Shown piece by piece: positions 1-13,936 of a stretch of DNA of 64,000 bases. Source of the DNA: Proteromonas lacertae (taxonomy: Eukaryota); the NCBI GenBank assembly GCA_002245135.1, contig NGBS01000311.1, positions 62,001 to 126,000 of the forward strand, read 5' to 3'. The translations under genes were made by a program, and so were the position numbers. Below the pieces are notes generated by a model that saw only the letters and a list, made by a program, of their open reading frames with translations, was not told where the DNA came from and did no database searches. Position 1 is the first letter of the stretch. Every line of letters starts with the position of its first letter.

Positions 1-243
1 TAAAACAAGATAATATGATTTTAAGAGCAAATATAAAGAATAGTAAGAAGAGTGGTTTGATATCTGATAATGATGATTTGTATTATACGAAAAGTACAAT
101 TGCTTCAACTATAAGTAGTAATAACAGTTCCAGAAGAGGAAGTACTGCTCCACCAGCTGATTCTAGAAAGTATGTTATTATATATTATGAATTTTATGTA
201 TAGAATTTCAACTCAACTTCCTAATATTACGTTAGGCTCATAG
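1..243 (+). CDS. 3' end of an unknown gene (partial; last intron 170-203)
   Basis: Open Ser-rich frame from the window edge, GT...TAG 34-nt intron, short last exon ending TAG at 243. Confidence 0.5.
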
Positions 244-582
244 ATTGATAATATTATAGTATTATGGTGTAATTAATATAAAATATATATAATTTATTAT
301 GAATTTAAAAGAATATTATTCTATTACATCTTTATTCACATAATGACATATCTTATCACTAATAAAAATACTTTTACAACTATATGTCTGAATTGATGAA
401 TAATCAGCTATTTACTTGGTTATATTTGTTTATTAGTAGTTAATTGTATACAGTACTAGCTTGGTGTTAAAAATGGTCCATTTCTATGTGTATAACACTA
501 TTTACATAAATCAATTCTATGTAAAATCATCATTTAAATTTACATAATTTATTTTGCACATATTATTTTTCTTCTCTAACTC

Positions 583-2283
583 ATGGCTGAAATTTCTGTA
601 ATCGTGTATCCATCAAAAGATGGGTATTATCACTTAAATCTTATACACTAGACATATATATGAATTAGTAGAAAAAGGTTTTGGTGATGTTCAATTTAAT
701 GTTAAAGGAGTAGTAATTATAGGAAATAGACAATTTATATCAATCAAAAATGATATATTGAAAGCAAAGATTGAAACTCAAACCGTAGACTGTCCAATTG
801 ATATTGATGGTGTTGAACCTAATGCATTTAAAGAATGTTTAAGGTTATTAGGTGGCGCAGAAGTAAAGATTAATGAAAATAATTGCATTGATTTACTTGT
901 AGCATCGATAATTCTTGAAATACCTAAACTTAAAGAGAATGCTTCTAAGTATAATTGAGTATTTTTTCTAATTATTGTAGGTATATTATTAAGAATGTTA
1001 ATGAGAAAATTGTCACTCAATTCTTAAAGAACCTTGAAACAGCTACAACAGTTGCTGATGTTGAAATTAAAGTGATAGAGTTTTTAGTTCATCATGGTTA
1101 CATATATTTTGATAACTGTATAACCATTTTGATTTGATTTGATTCTATAGATCACTTATTTAAGTTATCAATATCAGAATTGTATTACATTTGTCAAATT
1201 GAGGATATGATAATTCCATCAGAGAAATATATGTTGGTTAGAATTATAGATTATTATAATCATTTTATAAAAAGCAAATCTGGTGAAGAAGGTGAAGAAT
1301 TTACAGAACATATAAAGAATATTATCCAATGCATAAACTATGGAGATGATTGTTTAAAAGAATTATACCATATAAAGTTATATGAAGAAAAAGATGAAAA
1401 ACTTGAGAGAGTGAATAGAGTTTACTTCAGTATAAATATATTCTATACATGTACTGAATAGATCCAAGTTCAAGCGAAGATTTAAACAAACATTTGATTG
1501 CTTTATATAATAGTGATAAGAGTTCTTTTCATTTATCTAATGAAATGAAAGAGGGATTAGAAAATATCCAACATCTTGTTGATTTTATTTCCCCAATTGT
1601 AACTGATAAAGAAACAAATGATAAAACATTCATAAATTGTTTGACAATCTTATTAGAATGTCATGTTGAAAATCCATTCAATTCCGAAAAAGATCGAATA
1701 GATTGTTTTACAAGACTTTTAGGTTTATATGATAAAGTTGTTGATAATCATAATTTGAAATATAGCGAGAATAATGTATTAGAATGTTTTTTACTATTTA
1801 CTATGAAGTGTATTATTAACATTTATTTATACATTTATAGATGCAGAAGCATTAAGAGATAAATTAGGAAGTAAAGAATTAGTAAAAATATTACAATATT
1901 ATAATGTATTAAAAGATAATGAAGCAGTTACAATGGTTGAAAGATTGAAACTAGTGTGTGATCCAAATGATTTTCAATGTTTAGGTGGATTATTAAATAT
2001 GGATATATCAGAAGATCAACAGTTTTGGGAATATATTTGTAATTGTATTCCAATAGCAATTCAACCATCTCAACAAATTCACTTTCAATATATTCCATCA
2101 CAACCTATTCCTTCTCAAGTAATTCCATTCCAAATACCTCCTCAATTCCAAGTACAACCTGGTGTAACTGGTTGTCAATATTATCCTTCTCAGCCAATTA
2201 ATGGTATGACACCTGCTTCTGTAGTTATTAATCCACAACCTAATACTGCTGAAATGAACTTACCACCTACTCCACCAAATTAA
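583..2283 (+). CDS. BTB/POZ-BACK domain protein with Q/P-rich C-terminus (multi-exon)
   Basis: After splicing (e.g. intron 624-651): FGDVQFNVKG...IDIDGVEPNAFKECLRLL...NCIDLLVASIILEIPKL fits BTB; LFKLSISELYYICQIEDMIIPSEKYML is BACK-like; joins ORFs 758, 955, 1180, 1494 and 1933. Confidence 0.75.
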
Positions 2284-2503
2284 AATAATATATATATTAT
2301 CATTCATTAAACTTAACTCAATATATATCTTGTTTATTTTACAAAATTTAAGAAACATTCATAGAAGTTAGAACATTTTAGGGTATAATAAACCTTATAA
2401 CTTCATCAGATGTTTTTATTTTTATTTTTGTTTGAAAATCCGTTTCATTCTATAGAACAACTAACAATTGTTAGATGTAGATAATTCAAAATAGAATTTG
2501 AAA

Positions 2504-5500
2504 ATGAGTGATATAGATGATTCCAAAACGAAGATAGACATTTTGAACAGCAATTCGCATAAAAATGTTAGTGGTCAAGATAATGAAATAGATTCTAGAT
2601 CTTATAGAAGTGACGTATAGTAATTATCTAATTAAGCACATTTTTACATATATAGATTAATCAATTTACAAGTGGAGATAGTTTTTCCTTAGTAAAAGTA
2701 AATTTGTTATTTTATTGTTTGTAGAACGAGATTATGGATACTCCTTCGATTGCAAGTAGAATTCCAACGAAAATTCACAACTCAAGAGCTAAATCATTGA
2801 TACCTTACACCCAAAAGAGAGATTATATAAGTGAAATGAAGTATTTATCAAAAGAAATCAAAAATGAGAAAACACTCAATCATGAATTAATTGAAGAGAA
2901 TAAAAGAAAGTGTGAAGAATATGAAGACAAAATATTAGAGTTAAGTAGTGAATTAGAAAGAATAAAGTCAAATTCAACTCCAAATATATGTTTAAACGAT
3001 AATTTAATAGACTATGATGAAGAAAGTGACAAGAAAAAGTCAGAGATAAACCAATTATTCACCAAATACAATTCACTTTTATCATCTCAATCACTAATAT
3101 CAAGTGAAAATAGTAATACTACAGAACAATATGAAGCGACTAGTTTTAAACCAGAAGAATTGAAAGATATCTTAAAAGAGATCGAAAATTTAAGTATATC
3201 TTCAAAACCAATAATGACATATTCATCGTCTAAATTACTACTTGATACTTGTGATACAATGAAGAGAACAATAGAAAAATATGAGAAAACACGAGAATTA
3301 CTATTTAGTATAAGAAATGAGAATAATATATTGAATAAGAAATTAATTACAAAAGAAAATGAGTTAAAAATGAGTGAAAATGAAAGAAATGAGTTAAAAA
3401 GGAAGATAGATGTATTAATAAATAGTGTAGATGATTGTACATCTATAATAAGTGAAAGGAACTTGGAAATATTGAAACTACAGAATGAAATAGAGGAATA
3501 TAAGAAAGAGATGATAAATAATAATACTACTACAATAATTGATTATGATTCAATGTATGAAGATATAATAAATGAATTAAAGAGTGTTGATGTTTCTATA
3601 AATAGTTTATATAGTCATAATAATAATGAGTGTGGAATATATAATATGAATGAGTTTGATATGATTAATATGATAATAGATGAGAATGATAAGATGTTTA
3701 AAACAGTTGATAAATCAATTGAAATTAAAAACATTAAACGAAAGTTAGAAGTTTATGACATTAATAAGATTGATATAGTAAATGGAGATCCAAAATTAGA
3801 AGTAAATGAAAGTGTTAAAGTAGATCTAATTAATAAAGAAATACCATTAGAAACAACAACTGAATCATTGTCAATGATAAATAATGAGAAAGAGCCAAAA
3901 TTAGAAGTAAATGAAAGTGTTAAAGTAGATCTAATTAATAAAGAAATACCATTAGAAACAACAACTGAATCATTGTCAATGATAAATAATGAGAAAGAAC
4001 CAAAATTACAATCTCTCTCTAGCAATAAGGTTGATTTAGTTTCTACTGAATTACCATTAATTACATCAACTACTAAATTAACTGAAATAATAGTTCCAAA
4101 TCCTAATTTGAATATATCACCACCTACTGAAGTTAATAGTGTTATTCAATCAAATATTCCACTAAATAAGAAACTCCATATCAGTAATAATAATAATAAG
4201 AAAGTAAATGAAGTTAATATATCACTACCAAAAATTGATTTATTAAAGTATAATGATAATAATAATCAAATAATAAATATAATAAATAAAATACCTAAAT
4301 TAAACACCTTGTATAATGATTCTGTAGATATTGTTACAGATGAAAATAATAATGAAAAGTCAAGTGGATTATGGAAATATTTGTTAATAATATTATTATT
4401 TATTACTTTGCCATTATTATTATATATATCTAATTATTATAATAAAGGATGTATTAAAAATAATAATAGTACAATATGTAAATATGATAATCTTACACTT
4501 GATAATGAGATATTATATATATTACAATCAAAACAAAATGAAAAATACAATAATACAAATATAGAGAAAGTAATAGATAGTGAAGAAAAAAAGAATATAG
4601 AGAAAGAGTTGAACAAATTAAAAAAGAAGATAAATTCAATGATGAGTATAGAAGAATATAATGTAATAAAAGAGAAATTGGAAGAAATAAAGAGAATTAA
4701 TATAGAGAAAGAGAATGAAATAAATGATAAAAAGGAAGAGATAAATAGAATAAAAGCAGAAATAGAAAAGTTGAAACAACAACAACAACAACAACAGAAT
4801 GGTAATGAAGATGAAGTAAAGGAATTAAAAGAAAAGGTGAATAATATGAAGAGTATAGAAGAATATAATGAATTGGAGAAGAGATTAAAAGACAAAGAAA
4901 ATGAATTGAATGAAAGAAATGAAGAGATAAATAATACAAAGATTGAGTTAGAAGAATTGAAACTAAAGAAAGAAGAGATTGAAAAAAGAAAAGAGGAAAT
5001 AGAGAATGAATTAAACAGAAGAAAAGAAGAAGAAAATACCTATAAAATGGAGATAAATGAACTTCAAGAAAAATTGAATAACTTTACTCAAGAAAACTCA
5101 GAAATAATAAAAGCAAAAGAAGAAATAGAAAAATCAAAATCCATATTAGAAAATGAAATAAACGAATTGAAAGAACAGCAAAATGAATCAGATAATGAAG
5201 TGATAAAAGAGCTTAGAGATAGAATCAGTGATATGAAAAGTATAGAATATAATGAATTAGATGAAAGATTGAAGGAAATAGATGAGATGAAAAGAATTAA
5301 AGAAGATAAACAAATAGACAATAAACAAGATGTTGAAGAAGAGAAAGAAGCAGTAAATGAAAGAGATAATCAAGCGCCATTAGAGATAGAGGATAATAAA
5401 GAAGTAGAAATAGAGAAAATGAAGGGAAATAAAATAGAAACAATAGATGAGGAAGACAAAGAGATAGAAATAGAGAATATACCCAATGATGACGAGATAT

Positions 5501-5607
5501 TAAGAAATAAGAAATTAATAGACATTTCAATTCAAATTCTTGTTGGAACAACCACTGCCTGCCTCTCTGTTATATTATTCTTCAAGATCAAAAGCATATT
5601 TTTATAA
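2504..5607 (+). CDS. Large coiled-coil protein with an internal and a C-terminal transmembrane helix
   Basis: Two short 5' introns upstream of ORF 2734-5607; E/K heptad-rich; hydrophobic YLLIILLFITLPLLLYI and ILVGTTTACLSVILFF. Confidence 0.7.
3790..4009 (+). repeat. 105-nt (35-aa) coding tandem repeat, 2 copies plus a partial
   Basis: PKLEVNESVKVDLINKEIPLETTTESLSMINNEKE occurs twice, near-identical DNA starting at 3790 and 3895. Confidence 0.9.
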
Positions 5608-5770
5608 TTATCTTTTATTTATTTTTAATATTTCCTGTTTATATATAAAAACCCACCTACATAACACAAGTGAACTTGTATCAGTCTGTTTATCAAAAAT
5701 AACAATCTGAAACGAATAGTTTTTTCATTTCAGTTGGTTATAATTCAGCTTTTTTCAAGGCAAAGAATTG

Positions 5771-6383
5771 ATGTTTGAGAGAAGGCCTACAGGATTTGGA
5801 ACAGTTGTCAATGGAGTTTATTTCAGACCCCATAAAGAACCAAGAGGTCCACCATTATACTGTCCTAAAGATGACTGGGTAAAAGAATCATACAATGTGT
5901 ATTATTATAAGCCAGTTATATATATTTGAATAGAAAATTAAGGAATGGCGGTTTAAAGCCAACTAGTGATGCAAGACCACCAGTTATTGTCAGCCAAGGT
6001 GTTGCATTACCTATGCCAAAACGTGATAAAGAGCCACAACTATACACTCCACCAGATCCCTGGTCTAAACCTTGTATTATATATAATCGTTTATTTTTTT
6101 AATAGCATTTAACAGATTGTTGAATAGTAATGCACAAAGAAGACAAGATCTTCACAGAGATTTCAGTAAGCCAGCAGGTATTAATTCTTTAGCAAAGAAA
6201 AAGAAGCAAAGATTAAATGTAACTAAACGAAGACAGTCTCATTTACCACCACCAGATCAGATAAATAGAAGTAATCCATTTAATGAACCAGTACCTGAAG
6301 AAGATGATGATGTTGAACACATTATAGAACCGCCGAATGAAACACATCCTGAAGAAGCTGATATTTATAATGATGATAACAAC

Positions 6384-6415
<32 letters not shown>

Positions 6416-7713
6416 ATATGATAATAATAATAATGAGTTTGGTAGTACTCAAGCTTCCGTTACTAAAGAACCACTTGAAGCTGCTCCTGCACTTAGTCCA
6501 ACTCCATTGAGTGATGATGATGAAGATAATAATCAAATTAATCAACAAGAGGAGGAAGAAGGTAATAAAATAGAAGTAAAACCTGAAAACATTAAAGAGA
6601 ATAAGAATGAGGATGTAAAACCTAAAGAAGTGAAGAAAGAAGAAGTAAAAGCTAAACCAGAGAGTGTAAAAGAAGAAGAGGAAGAAGAAGTAGTTGAGGA
6701 GGAGGAAGAAGAAGAAGTTGATTATGACGGACTTGATTTAGGTGATGATGAAGTTGTTGAAGAAGAAGTAGTTGAAGAAGAAGAAGAGGAGGAAGAAGAA
6801 GAAGAAGAAGTAAAAGAAGAAGAAGAAGTAAAAGAAGAAGAAAAAGTAAAAGAAGAACCAAAGAAAGAAGAAGAGCCAAAAAAAACACCTCCAAAGAAAG
6901 TTGAACCACCAAAGAAAACACTTCCAAAGAAGATGGAAAAACCAAAGAAGGTTGAAGAAATAAGAAGTTGAACAACCAAAGAAACTAGAACCTACAAAGA
7001 AAGTTGAAGTAAAGAAAACAGAACCTAAGAAAGTTGAAAAGCCAAAGCCAGTAGTAGAACGACCTAAAAAACAAGCACCAGTAAAAAAACCAGAACCAGT
7101 AAAACCTGTAGAAACAAAGAAAGTTGAACCTCCAAAGAAATCAGAAGAACCAAAGAAAACTGAACTAACAAAACCAATAGAACAATCTAAGCCAGTTGGG
7201 CAACCAAAGAAAGAAGAAGTAAAACCAGTTAAACAGTCCAAACCAGTCAAAACAAATGAACCATTAAAAGCAACTGAACCAATAACAACAGAATCAAAAA
7301 CAGAACAACCAAAGATTGAAGTAACTCAAGTAAAGAAACAAAGTAATTCCAGAAGACAAACACCCAAAATAAAAAGAGGAAATAGTAATGATAATATTAA
7401 CGAAACAGACGATTCACTTGGCACATTTGATCCAGATTTCGAACTATCAGATGATGATGATGATGATAGTATTTTACAAACACCAATACATCCAGTAGTA
7501 AAGAAACTAAGAAAGAGTGAAGGAAGATCCAAAACACCAAAAATGAGCAGTATGATTGATTCTGATAATAGTCTTACACCCAAAACTAGAACTCCAAAAG
7601 TAGCAGATGATACTGATTTAGGTTTAGATGATGATGATTTGTTGAGTGAGTTGAGTGAAGGTGATTTAGATAGTAATATTCAATTGAGTGATGATGATGA
7701 TATGGATTTTTAG
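5771..7713 (+). CDS. Low-complexity E/K/P/V-rich protein (2 introns; apparent frameshift at ~6960)
   Basis: ATG 5771 MFERRPTGFG...; ORF 6117-6971; KKVE/PKK repeats continue in the +1 frame to TAG 7713. Confidence 0.65.
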
Positions 7714-7903
7714 AATGGTAATTTAGTTTCTCTATTATTATTATTATATAAATTCACGATGTTTTGTGTAATAATATTTTTGTTTTTATTTTATAAAATA
7801 AAATCTAAAAAAAGATATATTATTTATATCAAAAAACCATAATTAACAATTAATAATAAAAATAATAAGAATGTCTTGTTCTTAATAGTCAAATGAAATA
7901 GAG

Positions 7904-10467
7904 TTATAAGTAAGGCATCTTTCTGCTAAGTTTCAATTGTTCCATTCTCTCAGATAAATCCAATAAATCTCCTTTTCTAACAACATCATGGAAGAATGAA
8001 GATGCTTTCTCAGCATACATAGCTGGACTTGGTATTCTAATAGCACCTAACCAATTATTGTACTGGAAACACAGTTCAAATGTCAATTTCTGAATACCTT
8101 TACAAATATCAACAGGAACATCTTTTCTATTATAAATTGAATAATAAGTTGGTGTTAATACACCTTCTATTTACATATAAGTAATAATATAATAATAATA
8201 ATATATATATACGATTACATGAATGTGCAACCATATACCAATCATAATTATCATGATCAACAACAACTGTATCAATACATGAACCACTTGGAGCATTGTT
8301 ATTACCATTAAAGAATCGAGCATTAGATGTTTTATTGTACGTCACATAAGCAATATGAGGTTTTGATGTATAACCAATCTCTTTAGCAGCTAAATAGAAT
8401 TCACTCAACTCAGAATCAGCTACTGATTCTAATTGACCATGTGATAAAGCTTCACGATAAAATACAATTATTGGTGGTAATCCACCAGCTACTTCTTTAA
8501 ATTGAGTAAATGCTTTAATCCAAATATCTTTAAAGTTAGGGAATGAATATAACTGACCTTTAGATGGTAATTGTTCTGAATGAGTTCCAACGATATTATA
8601 ATTCTGAGCCAATGAGAATGTGAAGGATAGAATACTTGCATTTTTAGCTAAAGAACATACCATCGATTTACTAGGTAAATTCTTAAATATATCACTAACA
8701 TGACATAACATTTTACCCATTTTAGATGCAATTTGTAACAAAACATTTGTACAAATAGATAAACCTCTTTTACCAGTAATATTTCTATCAATAACACACT
8801 GAGATGGAATACCATGACTTAGACAAATATTCTTAATGCTTCTATAAATATCTTTTTCTTTATGAGGTAAAATAACAAATACAAATTGAGTAGTTTCTTT
8901 AATATTATGTTGAATAGCATCTTCCCAATCTTCATAGTTTCTTCCTCTTACTTTATATACATCAGGTCTTGCTACACTTACACCCATATTGCCACCAGCT
9001 GTTCTAAAGTTATTTCCTAATTGTTCAACACTTCTATCATCACTACAGATAATAATCCAATCTTTTAATTCGAATTCATCAATGATATGTGCTTCTCTTG
9101 GTGCTCTACTATAATCAGCTTTATCTCTTCCAACTGGTATATCTCTAGTGCCATAATGCATAGTTGGCATCTCTAAGATTGTAGGAGTAATATTAGAAGA
9201 TTCTCTTTTGATTGTGATGTGATTCTTCTCAAATTGTTCTTGTGGAATGGACTTTACAAAGTCATCTAAAATATGATTATAATCTCTTGGAAGCTTGGCT
9301 GTAGCTTGAATCATAGCTCTTGATAATCCTGTATCACATTTCATTTCATCTGTACAACCAGTTCTTACACATAATTCAGGAATGAATCTTAATTCACCAA
9401 TTTTCTTACCTTTGCTCTTATTACCTGCATATTTATAAGATATTAATAATGGTTGTTTTAAATTCCTAATTGATTGAGAATACTTGTCTTTAAAATAATC
9501 TAAGTATTGAATCTCCTTCTTTTCGCCTTTCTCTTTTCTTTCAAATGTATCAGTTGGATGATGATCCCAATCAATAGCATCTATTCGGTGCATTTCATTA
9601 CTATAAGTTAATACAATAGTAAATGGCAATTCAGACTCAATAGCTTCTTTACCTTCTGTTTCTAACCAATCTAATACGGTTGTTGAATGTAATAGTTTGT
9701 GTTTTATGGTTAAATTCAAAAAGAAATTACTTCCAAATTGAGATAAGTTCACTTTAAAACCTGGCCATAATTTCACTTTTTGACGATCACCAATTTCAAT
9801 GGCTCGAGAGTTGTCAAACCATCCATTCTTTCCATCATTCTTATAACGTTTTTTACCATCTTCAAGTTTCAATCCTCCGATTAATCTCTTTAATAATAAA
9901 CTGATAAATTGGTTGAGACAGTGGACATCTTCACCTAATACACGAACATACTCAATATCAATGATTACTGGACGATCAAACTCCTTTCTTCCTGGATTTA
10001 CAAATTCTTTTACCATTTTTGGACCTTTTTGTTTCTATTGCAAATATATAATTATGATTTATATACATCTCCTTCGATTTTGTTCTTACATAACAACATA
10101 CCACCATCAAAAATGTAATCGTTGAATAAATCTTTGTTGGCTTCAGCAATACGTTCAAGGTTCTTTTTCCTTTCAAAGTTATTCACCATAGTTCTGCTTG
10201 GTTTGTCTGGATTCTGTTCTTTGGTAAATTCAACATGGTGAAGATGCCAAGAAGCTAGTGATTCAAAGTTGACTATTGAGATAAAAATAAAATCTATTTT
10301 GCAATACATGGATAGTAGTTGGTTGCTACTTCAGTACAGTTTGAAGCTGAAGAGGAAGATGAGCCATACCCTGTTGACTGCCTTTTATAGCTGTCTCTTC
10401 TATCGAATCTATCTCCAGAATTACCTATAAATATTAATAATTACATTCTATTCATCATACGCTTCAT
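7904..10467 (-). CDS. PIWI: PIWI-clade Argonaute (N-PAZ-MID-PIWI), probably slicer-inactive
   Basis: TNYYP and IFDGGMLL (N), YLDYFKDKY...QPLL...FIPELC (PAZ), YRSIK...IPSQCV...QIASKMG (MID), NNWLGAIRIPSPAMYA (PIWI end); four short introns. Confidence 0.9.
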
Positions 10468-10982
10468 AAGATAATCAAAAAATCTATTGGTTTTTAAAAG
10501 GCTTGAATGTGAGAGGGCTAAAATGCATTTTTTGCATCATATGGTCATTCACAATAATTTTAAAGCATGTTTTCATCATATAAAATCCGCATTGCATTAT
10601 AAAATGCAAATGTTTCAATACAAAAGATTTAATATTGTCGAGGGTTGTTATTATTTAACAGTTATTTTCGCTTTATTTCATTTTAAATATAAAGCTAAAT
10701 CGATTTCTTAATAAAATAAAGACCAAAATATCATTCTCTATGTTATTTGGTCTATCAATTTATTCATCGTTATATTAGTGATTAGTTGTATTTTTATATC
10801 GATTATAGTGTTTGGTAATTAATTTTCGAGGTTTGAAAATCATTTCATGAAAATGGCTTGATAATCAAGAATACAACTGTTAGAATAATTACTGAACATT
10901 TCATAGTTTTTTGATTCATTCAGTTAATATAAAGGAAGTGCTAATTCTACATAGAAATTAAAATATTAAACTTATAATCAAC

Positions 10983-12117
10983 ATGTCAGCAACATTTACA
11001 ACTCCTAGTAAAGACGGATACATTATGCCAGCAGAGTGGCATAGGCACGATATGTGTTGGATGGGATTTCCTCTCGTATATTTATCATTTATTTATGTTT
11101 TCTATCAATAGAGGCCAGATAATTGGAGAGAAAAAGCAAAACCAGCACAGGAAGCCTATTTAAATGTAGCAAAAGCAATATCAGAATTTGAAGCTGTTAC
11201 TATTTGTGCTCCACCTGAAGTATACAAAGAATGCACGAGTAAGTGTCCTGCAAACATCAGTGTTGTTCAGATGGAGATGAATGATGCATGGTTCAGAGAT
11301 ACAGGTCCAACTTTCGTTCAATCTAAAACAGGAGATGTTAGAGGAGTAAATTGGAAATTTAACGCATGGGGTGGATTAAATGGTGGTTGTTATAGTGATT
11401 GGTCAAAGGATGAAACAGTAGCACCACATATATGTGATATAGTTGGCTACAAGCGTTATGATGCTCCATTTATTCTAGAAGGAGGATCTATCCATGTAGA
11501 TGGTGAAGGAACACTAATTACAACAGCAGAATGTTTATTAAATCCAAATCGTAATCCAGATCTGAACAAACAACAAATCGAGCAATATCTCCAAAGAATA
11601 CACAGGTGCAACGAAAGTAATCTGGTTACCACACGGTCTATATGGAGATGTTGATACAAATGGTCATGTAGACAACATATGCTGTTTTGTTAGACCAGCC
11701 GAAGTTGCATTAGCTTGGACGAATAACCCATCAGATCCACAATATGGAATCTCACGTGAAGCGGAAGCAGTATTAACAATGACCCCAGATGCTAAAGGTA
11801 GAACCATTAAAATTCACAAAATCCCCATTCCAGATCCAACTTTAACAAGAACAGATAAAGAAGCAAATGGTGTAATATTTGAAGATGGAACGATAGCAAG
11901 AGAATATGGAAGATTACCAGGTAGTTATATTAACTTCTATATGGCTAATGAAGGTATTGTTTTACCTGCCTTTGATGTAGCAACTGATGAAGTAGTACGA
12001 AAACAATTTCAAGAAATCTTTCCTGATCGTAAGATAGTGAGTGTAAAAAGTAGAGAAATATTATTGGGTGGTGGTAATATTCATTGTATTACACAACAAA
12101 TGCCATCTAAGTATTAA
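10983..12117 (+). CDS. aguA: Agmatine deiminase (1 intron; +1 frameshift at ~11592)
   Basis: MPAEW, RPDNWR, DAWFRDTGP, FNAWGG, LEGGSIHVDGEGT, DTNGHVDN, SYINFY, GGGNIHCITQQ with catalytic Cys. Confidence 0.92.
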
Positions 12118-12361
12118 GAATAAGTATTAAAAAGGGATATTAGAAATATTTATATGTTTTCCCCTCATTTTTTAGTGTTATTTTCTGAATTTATGTTATT
12201 TTTTATATTTGATCTCTAATGCATAAATGAATGAAATAAAGAACATTTTGTTAAATTATCACATATATATATATATTTCTTATATCTACACACCATTATT
12301 AATTCAATTGAAATGTGTGCTATATAGTATATATATATAAAATAGATTTTACTAAAAGTAA

Positions 12362-13853
12362 TCATTTTTTACTCATCATCTCTTCCATTTTCTTATTATC
12401 CAAAGCTACTCTCTGTACAGCCATATCTCGAATAATAAACAAGTCAGGACGAGAATCGTACTGTCTAGATACAGTAATAGGACCTGTCGGTGTAGATTCA
12501 GAAATTCTTTTCGATTTCACTGTATTAGCTATCAATCTAGCTTCTACACCATGTTTAGGGTATTTTAAGTCTACTAGATGTTGTCGAGCTCTTCTCTTGA
12601 TGATTATTTCTTCGGTTAGAGTTAAGTGAAAAGGTGATAAATCATTAATCTTTTCTTTCTTTGTTTTTTTCTTTTTACTTTTATTACTACCAGTAGTTTC
12701 ATTGATAATTTCATCAAATTCTAATATTTCTTCATCATCTTCATTTCCTTCCCACATCTGAGTGATTGGATTATAACTCATATTGTTAATGGATATTGCT
12801 TGTGGTGCTTTGAATGGTATATTCTTTATACCAGTCTTAGGATCCTTCTGCGTTGCACTATTGATTAATTCATTTGTTATCTGTTTGTTATTATTATTGT
12901 TTTTGTCATGAATAGGTGAAACTATGGGTGTTTTTATAGTGGTTGTTGTGTTGTTGATTAAATTGGAATTTAGTTTTAATACAGTGGTTGTATCTGCTGT
13001 TAATATGGAGTCTGAATCACTGGTAGTAGCACTCAATGTCTCTTCACCTCCTGACCAATCAAAATCATCATCATAACTCTAAAAATAAATAATATTAAAA
13101 AAAATACTTCAACTGGAATTGATGGTGCTTTTAATGAACCATTACTTGCAGATTTCCTTGACATTTTAAAAAATAATGGTGTTGAACCTGGCGTCCTATT
13201 CATGGAAGACCTACTGCCGGATGATAACTTATCTGACGCTGATGAGGAAGAGATCATTTGTGATGAGTTTATATCATCATCATATACCATTTTGACTGGT
13301 CCTGTATTGGAGGAGTGTCTTTCTGGTGTTGATTTATTGGGTGTTTTATGAACAGTAAACTTATTGTGTGATTTGGCATCTTTAATAGCATCTTTGTTGA
13401 GTAGATAACCTTTCTTTGAAGTATTACTTAGATTGGGAGATAAACATTCTAAAGAGTGATAAAAGAGTTGATAAATACTTTGAATAACTTCTCCATCTCT
13501 TTCTCTACGTTGTGTTTCTTCTATTACATATATTATTTGTATTAAATATACTCTGTATCATTTTTTTAATACGATCTTCAATGTCGTTAATTGTACTATC
13601 TTCACTATAAACAATAATTTAAGATAAAGTTATACTCATCAACTTCAGGTTGTAATAATAAATGAGCAGCTTCATTCAATTCAGGTGATTGAAAAGTATT
13701 TAATCTCTTCTTTGCCGCCTTAATATTGACAAAACATGCTGAAGGAGGTGGAGGAGCAACATGTTTCGGTAGTACAATACCTCCTGCAGGTTGTAGTGAT
13801 GAAAGATTCTCAATCTCACCAAAATCTAAGTCACTATCATCATCAGAATTCAT
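12362..13853 (-). CDS. Low-complexity protein with a Byr4/Bfa1-like MxYNPxxxxWEGNE motif (multi-exon)
   Basis: ORFs 13605, 13033 and 12362 joined by short introns; motif MSYNPITQMWEGNE; start codon uncertain. Confidence 0.5.
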
Positions 13854-13936
13854 TTTCGGTAAATTACCAGTTGATATGTAAATTACCACATTTTTTTGTC
13901 ATTTTGGTAAATTTTATTTTATAATTTATCTTTTAC

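Noticed and set aside
3753..7583. Antisense ORFs rich in F/L/S (also those at 40462 and 42998-49543)
   Set aside because: Shadow frames of E/K/N-rich low-complexity or repeated coding sequence.
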